From assembly GCA_002104945.1 (NCBI GenBank), contig MCFH01000025.1, positions 682,001 through 746,000 on the forward strand: 64,000 nucleotides of DNA. The letters are read 5' to 3'. Shown piece after piece: positions 14,604 to 28,653 of the stretch. The stretch is from Piromyces finnis finn. Lineage: Eukaryota > Fungi > Neocallimastigomycota. Numbering within the stretch: the stretch's first letter is position 1; each line of letters starts with the position of its first letter. The position numbers and the translations under genes are program-made. Below the pieces are notes generated by a model. That model saw only the letters and a list, made by a program, of their open reading frames with translations. It did not search any database and had not been told where the DNA came from.

Positions 14604-15474
14604 ATTGATTAAGATAAGCTCGATGCACCTTTTTTCCATTAATATTTTATAAGTATTAAGGGAAGAGATGATTATTTAAACATAAAAAAATTAATAGAAC
14701 CTTTTAATATTTTAAAATATTTAGATTTTATATATTTTTTTATAAGAATACTTATACAAAGAAGTAATTTAATCTAGTATAAAAAAACAATTTTTTTTAT
14801 AGATGAAATATTTTTCTATTCTATCCTATTATAATAATTAATAATACCATTTTTTATTCAAAAGTGCTTACTTCTTTTGAATAAATAATTACAAATTTAA
14901 AACAAATTTAGAAAATTGTATTAAAGAACAAAAACAAACAAACAAACAACAACAACAACAATACAGCAAAAAAAAAAAAAAAGCAAAGAAATAATTTAAA
15001 AGCAAATAAAAGCAAAATAAAAGAAAAATCAAAAGGAAAAAAAAAATAAATACAAAAAGGAAAAAAACAAAAACAAAAACAAAATAAAATAAAAAATTAA
15101 AAAAAAAAAATAAAAATAATAGCAAGTTATTTTACGTGTTAAAAAAATTTCATTTAAGTTTATGGTTAGTTGAGGGTAGCAATCATTAAAATAATAATTG
15201 TGAAAAGTTTAATGTATGGTCCATTTTAAAAAAGTAAATTTTTTACTTTATTTGTTTAATTGTTGTATTTTTTTTTTTTTGCTTTGCATTTTTTTTCAAA
15301 TGTGAGAAATTTTTTTTTTTATATATTAAACCAATTCTATGGTACAAATAAACCTTAAAAAAGAGCTATCCACTAATAAATTATATAATACATTAAAAAT
15401 CAAAGGTTTCAGGTGAAATTATCTCTTTTTTACAAACAAAAATTTCATTTAAGATAGTATTTTCATTAAAAATA

Positions 15475-15546
15475 GGGCTCAGCCGGGAATTGAACCCGGG
15501 ACCTCTCGCACCCTAAGCGAGAATCATACCACTAGACCACTAAGCC
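15475..15546 (-). tRNA. tRNA-Pro(AGG)
   Basis: Minus strand GGCTTAGTGGTCTAGTGGTATGATTCTCGCTTAGGGTGCGAGAGGTCCCGGGTTCAATTCCCGGCTGAGCCC. Full cloverleaf, anticodon stem CTCGC/GCGAG, loop TTAGGGT, T-run Pol III terminator just downstream. Confidence 0.98.
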
Positions 15547-15561
15547 ACTCAATTTTGAAAA

Positions 15562-15967
15562 TGATACGAAGAAAAATATTATCTTAATTCTATAAATGAA
15601 TATAGAAAGTGATAATATTTGTATCTAAAAAATAATATTTAATAAATAAAATTTAAAGAAAATAAAAATAAATGATTTTTATACTTGTTCATTTTCAAGT
15701 ATTAGTTAGTTTTATAAAATATAGTTTATTTAATTATAAATTTTGATATTTAATAACTCTAGTATTATTAAATATATATTTTATTATTAATACATCTCGG
15801 TATGTATGTGAATATAATTATAAGTATTATTTTAATAAATTTAATATTATTATCTAATTTTTCTGGATTATTAGGAACAATTTTAAAATAAAATGATTCT
15901 ATCACTATTTATACAAAATTATTATTTTAAAGTATAATTATAAACAAATATAAGCTATTTAATTTAA

Positions 15968-15998
<31 letters not shown>

Positions 15999-16072
15999 TT
16001 TACATTTATAATTTTTAATTTAATAATTTTATACATGTTAATTATTTTAATTTTTAACTATCTGTGTTTTAA

Positions 16073-16109
<37 letters not shown>

Positions 16110-17475
16110 AATTCATAATTTATAAATTTAATTATTTATCAATATCTTCGCCCTTAAGATATAACTTCGTCCCTTGAAGTTATGAAAAGAAAAATAATAG
16201 ATAAAGAATTAAATTTTATAAGTAATTAAAGTTCTTCATTTTATTACTTCTTCTTCTTCTTAGGATTTTCTTTTTTCTTTCTTTATATGCATGTTTAATT
16301 TTTATTGTCCTCCATTAATTTATTTTTAATATATAATTTTCCGGATAGTTTTTAATAGTAGCTGCAGTGTCTTTTTCAAATAATTTTATTCTTCATTTAT
16401 ATCCACATTAATTAAAGCTTACTTAAGGTTTATTATTATTTAAAGTTTATTTTCTGATACTTTTATTCCATTATCCACAGATTATTTTGAAATTTTTAAA
16501 GGCTTTCAGAAGAGCAGGGCAGTTGGAATATAATGTTTTTCTATATGAGTGAAATATACATTATAATTTTATTATTTTATAATATATAATTGGTATATAT
16601 TATAATTGATTATGGATTTATAATTGAATTATATTATAATGTTTTTGTATTATAATACTAATTTTATTTTAAATAATTTGAATATTTAAAATTTTGATAT
16701 TAATGTTATTTATTTAATTATTGGAATTAAATATTTGTGAAATTTTTTTTTTTTATATATATTAATAATATATTGGAATAAATTAATATATATTGTTGAA
16801 GTATTGTTAATTCCGATTTTTAATTAATTCTGAAATTAATTAAATTTTGTTAAAACTGATGCAGTAGTAGTAGTTTTCTATGGGGAACAGAGAGGTTCAC
16901 GTAATTCCCTCCGGCCTTAAGACTAGCTACTCAGTAGATTTTTGGATTCTCCACCATTTGATACGAAGAAAAATATTATCTTAATTCTATAAATGAATAT
17001 AGAAAGTGATAATATTTGTATCTAAAATTTAATAAATAAAAATAAATAAGAAAATAAAAATAGAATGAATGATTTTTATACTTGTTCATTTGCAAGTCTT
17101 TGTTAGTTTAAAATATAAAATTATTTTATTTAATTATAAAGTTTTAATATTTAATAACTCTTGTATTATTAAATATATATATGTTATGGTTTAATACATC
17201 TTGAATGTATGTAAATATAATCACAACTATTATTTTAATAAAATTTAATATTATTATCTAATTTTACTGGATTATTAGGAACATTTTTAAAAATAAATAA
17301 TTCTATCACTATTTATACAAAATTATTATTTTAAGATATAATTATAAACAAATATAAACTATTTAATTTAAAAAGAAATAAACAATTAAATAAACAAAAA
17401 GTTTACATTTATAGTTTTTAATTTAATAATTTTATACATGTTAATTATTTTAATTTTCAACTATCTGTGTTTTAA

Positions 17476-17506
<31 letters not shown>

Positions 17507-18741
17507 AATTCATAATTTATAAATTTAATTATTTATCAATATCTTCGCCCTTAAGATATAACTTCGTCCCTTGAAGTTATGAAAAGAAAAATAATAGATA
17601 AAGAATTAAATTTTATAAATAATTAAAGATCTTCATTTTATTACTTCTTCTTCTTCTTAGGATTTTCTTCTTTCTTTCTTTATATGCATGTTTAATTTCT
17701 AATGTCCTCAATTAATTTATTTTTAATATATAATTTTCCGGATATTTTTTTTATAGTAGCTGCAGTGTCTTTTTCAAATAAATTTATTCTTCATTTATAT
17801 CCACATCAAATAAAGCTTACTTAAGGTTTATTATTATTTAAAGTTTATTTTCTGATACTTTTATTCCATTATCCACATATTATTTTGAAATTCATATAAG
17901 TTTTTAGAAGAGCGGAGCAGTGGGAATATAATGTTTTTCATTCAGGTGAAATATACATTATAATTTTATTATTTTATAATATATAATTGGTATATTATAA
18001 TTGATTATGGATTTATAATTGAATTATATTATAATGTTTTTGTATTATAATATTGATTTTATTTTAAATAATTTGAATATTTAAAATTTTGATATTAATG
18101 TTGTTTATTTAATTATTGGAATTAAATATTTGTGAAATTTTTTTTAATATATATTAATAATATATTGGAATATATTAATATATATTGTTGAAGTATTGTT
18201 AATTCCGATTTTAATTAATTTTGAAATTAATTAAATTTGAAGTAGCAGTAGTTTCCTATGGGGAACAGAGAGGTTCGCGTAATTCCCTCCGGCCTTAAGA
18301 CTAGCTACGCAGTAGATTTTTGGATTCTCCACCATTTGATACGAAGAAAAATATTATCTTAATTCTATAAATGAATATAGAAAGTGATAATATTTGTATC
18401 TAAAAAATAATATTTAATAAATAAAATTTAAAGAAAATAAAAATAAATGATTTTTATACTTGTTCATTTTCAAGTATTAGTTAGTTTTATAAAATATAGT
18501 TTATTTAATTATAAATTTTGATATTTAATAACTCTAGTATTATTAAATATATATTTTATTATTAATACATCTCGGTATGTATGTGAATATAATTATAAGT
18601 ATTATTTTAATAAATTTAATATTATTATCTAATTTTTCTGGATTATTAGGAACAATTTTAAAATAAAATGATTCTATCACTATTTATACAAAATTATTAT
18701 TTTAAAGTATAATTATAAACAAATATAAGCTATTTAATTTA

Positions 18742-18772
<31 letters not shown>

Positions 18773-18900
18773 TTTACATTTATAATTTTTAATTTAATAA
18801 TTTTATACAAGTTAATTATTTTAATTTTTAACTATCTGTGTTTTAATATTATTATTATTATTATTATAAATTCATAATTTATAAATTTAATCATTTATCA
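15562..18900 (-). mobile_element. Non-autonomous tandem LTR element (TRIM-like): LTR-internal-LTR-internal-LTR
   Basis: Three ~560-580 bp repeats with TGATA...TATCA ends (15562-16141, 16959-17538, 18337-18900). Each ~800-bp non-coding internal unit has, on the minus strand, a PBS TGGTGGAGAATCC 2 nt after the LTR and a purine-rich PPT (aagggcgaaga) before the next LTR. Flanked by AAAA/AAAA (possible 4-bp TSD, low complexity). Confidence 0.88.
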
Positions 18901-21786
18901 AAAATTTGTAAAGGAGTAAACATAAATAATTGAATTAGCTAGAATTCTAGGATTCTATGTGATGTCACGAATACTAGTGAAATTACAATTTCAAGATCAC
19001 TTGGAATTGTGAAATCACTTATGAAAATTCAAAATCAACAAATAGTTTATTTTCAAATAAATTATAAAATTTTATTAAGAAATATTTAAAAATTTAGGAA
19101 AGGTTAAAATATGACCTTAACCCTTAATAATTTTTATAATAAATAACTTTAACCCTTATCGTTAAAATGGAATAAGAAAAAACACGCGTATCTCCTCAAC
19201 GAATGACGATTTTTGAATAAAAATATTTTGGTTATAATTACGTTCGTTAGAAAGCCACGCTCGAGACAAACAACATATCTTAAAATCAGGTCAATATCTC
19301 TGCTGGTTCACGAGATATTCCAATTTAAAGATATTTTGTTAGCAATGATTAATTGTTTATTCAGAGAATGATCACCCCTGATATATCAAACATAAATCAT
19401 TCACTCAAAGTATAAAAATTATTGTTTAATTAAATCAACATTATTTTCCGGAACTAATTAACTTTATTTTATAATAATTATTTCAATAACATAATTTATA
19501 ATCTTTGAACTAGAGGATTATAATTATTAATATTATATTCAATGAATTATATTATAATTAAGAAATAATTAATATTATGAATATTATAAACAATAGTTAT
19601 TTTTTAATAATTAGGAATAAGTCTTAAGTTTAGTTTAAGTATTATAAAATATATTATGAATATAATCATGTATTGAAAAGTTATTTTATTATTAAATGTA
19701 AAATTGCAAATAGTATAAATAGTTTAGAATAGTTTATGAAATTAAAATCTTTGTAAAGATTATTAACCAAAAATTATTAACCATAAATTATTAAATTATT
19801 AACTATAAATTATTAACTAAAGATTATTAACTATAAATTATTAACTATTAATAATAATTAATACTTAATGAGTATTACTACTAAATAATCTTATTATTAT
19901 ATATTTTAGCAATATATCATTAAATAAAATAAAAGAAATTATTTTAACCATAATATATAATTTAATTATTCATTTATAAATCAATTAAGATTATTTTAAT
20001 AAAACATTTTTTTTTCTAACCTAGTTATCTCTTAACCTTTTATTTAATTTGATATTTTAATATTAAATTATAAGTTTAGTAAAACTTTTACATGTGAAGA
20101 TATTAACTGGATTTAAAACAAATTCAGATAATATCTATAATTAATTAAACATAATAATTAGAATTAAATGATCCCAATAATTATTTTAAAACACCTTTAA
20201 AAGTCACCTTTTAAATTTTGGTTCAGTGAAAGGGTTATGATTTCAAAAATTTAATATCAATACACTATAACCCTTAGCCAAAAATAAACAAACACATAAC
20301 AGGGCGTATCTCGCCAAAATAAAACTAAATATATTAGAAATAAGGAAAAAGTTACATTTTGGTACAATCGTGGTCCTTCTAACTGATCATTTAAAGTTTT
20401 TAATAGGTAAATCAAAATCAATATGATATAATTTGATATAAAATATGGATTATCCACATTTCTTATGCCTTGACAAAATAATTAAAAATATATATCAATA
20501 GGAATTTTAGTTATATTAAATAAATGAAAATGACTGTATTAAGGTGTGACAATTATCATACATAATAGAAATAATTTTAATTATTATTATAAATTTAAAG
20601 GCAAGTTTTATTATTAGAAAATAATTTTAATAATAATAATTGATAATAACAAATAGGTTATTATCAATTTAATAGTCTTAACAAAAGATATAAAATAGAA
20701 TGAATTGAATTCGATTTTAATTCTTTGTAAAGATTATAGTTATAATTTTAATTATTTAGTTATTAAATATATTATTATTATTTATATTATTGTTATTATT
20801 AAATAATCAAGAATTTATAATAAAGTTATTTTAAAAAACAAATTTTGATTTTTTTTATTTGGAAGTTTTAAGTGAAATAAATAACAATAGCCCTTTAAAA
20901 TAAATATATAATAAATTTTTAAAAAAAAATAACCCTTTTTTAATAATATTCTATTTATTAAATAATTAAATAATAATAAATCCTGAATAAATAACTTAAC
21001 AGAAAACAAGTATAAAGTAAATTTTTAAATAAAACAACTTAATCAAACAATGTATTAAAATAATAAAAATAATAAAATAACAAATAAAAATGAATAAATA
21101 AACTTAAAAAAAAGGTATCCAAGTGTTCTAAAGAAATTCTTTTAAAATTATATTTTCAAACTAATAATTAAATAATTGAGTAATTATTACTAAAAGTGAC
21201 AAACTTAAAACCTGGAAATAGAACAATAATAATAACGGTTTTAAGATAAAATACAGAACTCTTTTATGTTTCTGTATAAAATGAGTGTTTAGGATAATTG
21301 ATACTTTTAATATTTTAATTTTGTTATAATTTTATTTTAATTTCATCTTAATTTTAATTATTTTAAGGTAATATACATTTAATTATAATTAATGATAGTT
21401 AATAATAATAATTTTTTAAACTTAAATATTTTGAAGTAATAAAAAGATAAAATAAGTAATATTTTATAATACTTTATAATATTAAAACATAATTTTAATT
21501 TATTCTTTTAATTTTAATAAATAATAGCAATAGCAATAGTAATATTTAATAAAATATTAATGCAAGAAATATGTGAAAAATGTATAAAAGGAAGATAAAA
21601 TTTCTTTTTTATGAAGTGGGACAATAAATAGACAATAAAGAAGTATAATAAGAGATAATTTAAAAACATAATTAAAGAGTTTATTTTTGAATTGTATTTG
21701 TTTGTTCATTATAAAATTCTCTTTTTTATAAAAAAAAAGAGTTATTAATAGTTTTTTTTTTAATATATACATTTGTTATATAGTAT

Positions 21787-24700
21787 TTAATGTAAAGTTG
21801 AACACATTTTATATAAAATAATGTAGTTATCAATATTATTACAAATATTTTCTTTTGATAGATTGATTTTACATCCACAAATATTTGAATTATGTTTGGA
21901 ACAAAATTCATGTCTTTCAAATATGAAATAATGAGTTGAATCATTTCCTTGCTTTTTAAGAATATAATAAATTTTGTCCCATGAAAATGTTATAAATATA
22001 GAAAAATAACAGATAGTATTTAATGAAAAATCTATATATATTTTTGTAAGTCGTTGTTCTCCTAAAATACAATAGGTAATAATCTGTATATAGATATATA
22101 AAAAAAGATAAGAATTTAATTATTTTTAATACTAATTCATTTTATCATTTATATAAGGAATTAAAATAAAATTAATATTTAGTATATATATTAATAAAAA
22201 AAATTACATTTATTATTGGTCCGAAAGAAAGTGAAAGGAAGGATGTGTAGACAAAATATTGGATATAGGTATAGATATAGTTATATTTTTTTGTTGCTTT
22301 ACCAAATAGAAATATTATAAGGAATAGGGTTAATTCAATAGAATTAAAAACCAAATCTGGTTGTTCAAGGCTACAAGAAAACATCCAATCTTTTGTATGA
22401 CTTTGTTTTAAAATTCCTTTATCATTTCTTATATTATGCATAATGGGTATGAGAATGACAAATAAAATAAAGATCGAAAAAATACATATTAATTCAATAA
22501 ATAATATACGAGTTATTTTAATTTTTCTATAATAATCTTCGTTTATTTGGTCAAATAAAAAAGAGCTTTCATTTTTATTTTTTTTTATACTAAGTGCTAT
22601 TGTTAGCCTACTTTTATTATATGCACTAATATTTGATTTTACATCTGAATAATATGGTAATTTTTCTGGCATTATATCTTTATCTTCTACATCCTCATTT
22701 AAAAATTTATAATTTCTTCTTTCTTTTAAAAATCCTAATTTATAACCTAAAAGAATATTTAAGAGACATACACAAAGGATTAACAAAATTCCAATATGCT
22801 TAAAAATAAAATTTATGACACATTCTGAATAATTATTATACGTCATAAATATATTGCTTATATTAAAGATGATTGTTCCTGCAGAAAATACTAATATTCT
22901 TATTAATCCTGTATCTTTAATGATTCCTTGATCCTTGTTAAATAGGGTAAATACACTATAACACACAACAATGAATATTATTAAACTGATGACTGGTAGT
23001 ATAAACTTTTTAAAGTTACTGTAGTGAAATAGAATAGTATAGAATGAACAGGTAATTACGTATAGATATAATGTTATTAATTTCATTAAATCGTAATTTG
23101 TAAAAAGGATTATTTATTGTTTATTATATATATATAATATGATAAAATATAAATATATAATAATGTTAATATTTCATCTTATTTTATTTTTTTATTTTTT
23201 TTTTTTTTTTGATATCAATTTATATATATATATATATAGTATAAAAAATAATATATAATAAAATTTATAAGCTTATTTCTTGATTTTAATATCATTACCT
23301 ATAATTAATAAATACTTTTTCATCACACTTTGTACCACTCCATCCTTCTTTACATACACATTTATTAAGTTTAATATCATTAACAAATGATTTTATTTCA
23401 GGAGGAATACACATTGTATTTTCTTTATTTAGACATTCTAAACTACATTTCGGGGTTTCACAGTAAGGCATATCATAATTATTATATAGGGTTATTTGAT
23501 CTTTACTACATTCCGAAACATTGATATAAATAATTTCATCAAATTTTATATCATAATTATAATTTTTTATTAGTAAATTCAATTGATAGGTTCCATTATG
23601 CGCATATATTTTTAAATTATCAAAATTTATTTCACCTATTGATCCGTAGGGTGTATATCATTTTAAAATAGTTGGCACCATAATCATATATGCATATAGG
23701 TATACAGTTGTATACAATTATAGAATCATTCATAAAATTAGAATAATAAATATTTTTTATTGTTAAAAAAATTATTATTTTAATTAGTTATTAATTAATT
23801 TATTATTCTTATACCATTGACATATGTTCCTACATTTCCAATTAGATTATATTTGTTATGTACATCATCAATAAGTTCCTTATCATTATTGGTAATTGGA
23901 ATTAGAGATAATTTTATTAGTATGGTAGAATAATATTCCGTTTCATCTTCTATCGGTTGATCATATTCATCATATAATATAAAATTGAGAGGTAGGTGAT
24001 CTCCAGTGGTAATTTTAATTTCATTTTTATATATTGATGAATTTAATTTTATGTAGGCAGGTCTTGTGAAATAATTATTAATGCGAGCATTGACAGTATT
24101 ATTATTTATGTTCCATTTATTCATATCTAATAACCTCATCTTACTACTATTCGATATAAAAATCCCACCTCCTATAATGTCAGCATCATTATTTGCTACT
24201 GTATTATTCACAGTGAAAGAAGATACTAACTCATCGTATTCGGTATAAATTGCTCCTCCAAAACTGTAGGCTTTATTTTTTAAAAAAACATTATTTTCAA
24301 AATTTATTCTTCCTTCATTATCTCTATTTAATTTATTCGAAATAAATATTGCACCTCCGTTTGTTGCTTCATTTTTTATAAATATATTTGAATTTAGATC
24401 AAGATTCATATCTAAAATATTTTTTATATATCTTTAATTTGATAATAAATAAAGTTATATGATATAATGTAGATATGATAGAGAATTTATAAATAATTTA
24501 TAAATATTAATTTTTTTTAATTAACATATATATGAATTATTATTATAATAATAATAGAATATTCCTTTTTTTTTTTTTTAAATATTATTTACAAAACACC
24601 ACCATTGCTTTTAGAAATATTATTTTGAAAATTTGAATTTTCAATAGATGCATTTACATTATTGGTTAATTGAATAATTCCACAATCCAATTTATTTCTA

Positions 24701-27178
24701 TTTATATTATTATATATATTATTGTTTGTCATGGTAAATGCTGTCTATGTATATATATATTTATTATATAAATAAAAAATAGGAAAAGAAGATATTTAAA
24801 ATGGATAGTATAATATTTTTATAAAAAATTTTTTTTTTTTAGTTTTTCTATCTATAGTTGTTAATATTTTTAATTTTAAAATGGTATAGTAAATTACTTT
24901 ATGTGAAATACATTGTATCGTTGGTCCATAAGAATCAATTCTATTAAAACTGGAATTATGGATGTCAATTTCATTAACTTTACCTTTTACTTTAATGAAA
25001 GATCCATTTAATACACAATTTTTGGTGTATAAATTATTTATTTGAAGTCGACTATTTATTGATTCATCAGAATCATATAACATAAAGGAAGATTCACCAC
25101 CATCTCCTGTACATGAAACATTATCTACTTCAATATTATTAAGGGTAATATTGTAATAAAGAAAATATAAAACAGCTTTTGAATTTGATATAATATTTTT
25201 AAATTTTATATTTTCAAATGTATATGAAGATTCTTTATTGAAAAGTTCATTGGTTACACTATCAATAATATATATTTATTAAATAAAATATATATTTATA
25301 TTTATATATTTTAAATATTTTTGAATAATTAATGATAATTAGGATTAGTATTTATACCGATATCTAAATAGAATTATTTTTATATTTTTTTTAAAGTTTA
25401 AAACTATTAATAGCATTAGATAATATTAAAATATTTACTTTAAATTCATAAATATTGTATCTTTTATAGAATAATTTGAAAGTTTTGAGTCTGATATTGC
25501 TGGAATTGAAAATTTTATATTCATATTTTTTATAATTGAATTTGATATTTCGGTTTTTGTTAGGTCACCATGAAAAAGTGTACAAGTTTCTGATGAAATT
25601 AATTAATTATTATTTAATAATGATATAGCGTGAAAAAGTATTATAAAACTATTGTTCTCTCTCTATTTTTTTTTCTTACTTGAAAATTCAGAGTTTTCAA
25701 TTGTTATTTTTTGATTTTTATGAATATGCCTTTTGACATAAAATAAATATCCATTTTCAGTTGTACAATTAGTAAAGGTTGAATTTTTAATACTAAATTT
25801 TATGTATTATAATATATATAATTTGTTAATGATAATATAAATATGTATGCTATAAAAATTATTTTTCAATATATATATTTTTTTTCTTAATAAAAACATA
25901 AGAATATTCTTTTCATCTATTACTCTAGTGTTAAACCAGTAGCATCAATCAAAGGAACTGAACTATTTATATTCTCGAAAACTGAATCTTTTATGCTTAA
26001 TTTATCTGTTGCAGAATTTGTATATAGAATTTTATATTCATTATTAATATTATTATTATTTATGGAAAAATAACCTTTTTTTTTTTATTATTGATGTAAA
26101 GTTCATTTTATGTAATTGTAAAAGATAAAAGATATACATAATTAATTAATAAATATCAACAATAACCAACCAACAATAATGATGGTTATAATAATAATAA
26201 TAGTAGTAAAAGTAAAAGTAATAAAAATAAAAATTGGTTAGATTAGAAATTTAGAAATATATTTAATTAAAAACTATAGTTAATATCCTATATTCATATT
26301 ATAATAGTTTTCATTATTACTATTTTCAAAGATAAAATGAGATAGATTTGATAAAAATATATAGTTGTTATTAATAAATATGCAATTTATTATTTTTATT
26401 GTAGAGCATTTATATAAATCCGGTTCTCTACTTTCATGTATGTGATAAGTCGATATAATTCTGTCACTATTATTACTTTAAGAATTAAATATTTTTTGGA
26501 AGTAATTTATCATTTAAAAAATTATTATTATATAACATTAAAAAAAAGGATAAATTGTATTAATAATTATATCATTTATCAACATTAAAAAAAAAAAAAA
26601 TAATAATAATATATGATATATATATATCATAATGCATACTAGAATTTGCAATTAATCATAGTTAATTGTGGTTCTTCCTGAGTTTTTTCATCACTTGGAA
26701 ATGTTACCGTTATTAATGAATATTTATTATCCGTAAATGTACAATTATTATATACAACTTGAAAATTGTCATTTTTAGCACTAAATCTAGTCATAAATTT
26801 ATTGTTTTGTCCTTTAGGATAAAAATTTTTTATAATTAGATTTTCAAATTTTACTATTTTTCCAGATACATTATAAAATCCTATAGAAAAAGGCCCCTTT
26901 TTATCCCATTTATAATCAAATACTGTTCCATTATTATTACCTAAAAATGTAATATTTGATAGAACAACTACTGATATATCAAAATTCGGATATTTTGACA
27001 TGTCATAGTAATCATCCACGAAATATAATACTAATTCATTGGAATCACCTTGATTCTCATTAATTATTTTTTCTAATTCATAAAAATTGCTATTATTTTT
27101 TATTTTAATTTCTTTTGTACTAACATGTAAAATATAGTGTAATATCATAAAATTGACAATAAGGAAATATCGAAACAT
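21787..27178 (-). CDS. Multi-exon receptor: signal peptide, pectin-lyase-like beta-helix (GGAI repeats), EGF-like domain and class-C-like 7TM domain
   Basis: Collinear exon ORFs: 26639-27178 (hydrophobic N-terminus), 24796-25083, 23795-24409 (NEATNGGAIFI, NKAYSFGGAIY, NDADIIGGGIFI), 23295-23582 (CVCKEGWSGTKC), 22172-23086 (several TM helices, C..NFIFKHIG). Last exon (~21787-22085) ends with CSKHNSNICGC and TAA. Not all exon boundaries were resolved. Confidence 0.8.
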
Positions 27179-28622
27179 TTTTTTTCTTTTGTCTCTTTCA
27201 CTTTGTCTCTTATAAAAAATTCATATTAATATTAATATGAAATTAGAAAAACAAACAAATAAAGTAACCTTTCTTTTTTTTTAATGATAAAGTTTTTATA
27301 TATGTAGTTATTTCTATTTCTATCTTTTATTATTATCTTGACTAAGTCAAATTTTTTCTTTATTCTTTTTTGCAATTTTAAGATTTTTAAGGTTTACAAG
27401 AAAACAAAAACTAAAACATATGTATTTTTTTATTATATGGAAAAAGTACAATAAAAACTTTAAAAACTATTCAAAAGCTGCTCTTTTTTTTTTTTTTTTT
27501 CTATTTCAATTAATTATTGGAAAACAATTATTTCTATTTTTTCAAAAATAGAAAAAAGGTTATTGAAAACTATAAACATTAAAAAGTTATATATAAATTT
27601 TTATTTGTATTTGCTAATGAAATGCTAAAACTACAACCATACAACAACAACAACATCAACTACCATAACTACCGCCACTACCACACTACCACTACTACTA
27701 TTATTATTATTAATACTAGTATTATTATGTTATTAAATTTATTATCCTTTATTACCTTTACCACCACACCGTCTCCATTAATGTTACTAAATTTATAAAA
27801 GTATATAAAAATTTTTTGAATATGAATTATTACTTTTTTTTTTTTCTTTTTTAATCCTAAATAAATTTAAATTTGTTACTATTTTAAGGAATAACTATTA
27901 TAAAATTCACAAAACTTGACTTTTCATTATCTATTGTATTTTTACTAATGAAATATTCATGTAATCGGATTTACAATAGGATTATACATTCATTGAAAAT
28001 ATGTATGCATTTAAAGTTTATAAATATAAAAAAAAAAAAAATTTTTTTCCTGTTACGGCATAAAAATATATAAACTTTATAAAAAAAAAGTCACCATATT
28101 ATTTTAAAGTTATTTTTTTTCATTTCTTTTTATATAAACATAAAAAAAAAGATAAAATAAAATAAATATATTTCCTTTTATACACTTTTTTAAAGATTAT
28201 TTTTTTATTTTTTATTTTTTATTTAATTATATATATATATTACTTATTATTTTTAAAAAAAGAATAATATATTATTTTCATTCTTTATTGTAATTATTAA
28301 TTCATATTAATATATATATATATTAGAAAAAGTAATGTAATGTTATGGGTGTTTTAATTCTTATTAAGTATTATTATTAAATATTTTAATTTTTATTTTT
28401 TTATTTATTCATTTTTTTTTTTTTTTTGTATTGTTGTTTAGTTTTGACATTAAATAATAATTAACTTTGGATTAATGTAATTATTAACTATTCATTGAAA
28501 ATAATAATGCTTTTAAAATAGTAACATTATTAATTTTAAGTATTGTTTTACCTTATTATTAGTATTTTTATTATTATTATCTGTTTTTGTTGTCATTTCT
28601 GATTAATTTTTTTTCTCTTTTT

Positions 28623-28653
<31 letters not shown>

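Noticed and set aside
15562-18900. Interpreting the 1.39-kb periodicity as a simple satellite or segmental duplication
   Set aside because: TG..CA termini, PBS and PPT at the unit junctions show LTR-element architecture.
18967-19020. Imperfect hairpin near CTAG motifs (possible Helitron 3' end)
   Set aside because: The stem is mismatched, the spacing to CTAG is atypical, and no 5' TC end or Rep/helicase remnant was found.
19117-19160. TTAA-CCCTT resembling a piggyBac left end
   Set aside because: No matching AAGGG-TTAA right end or transposase was found.
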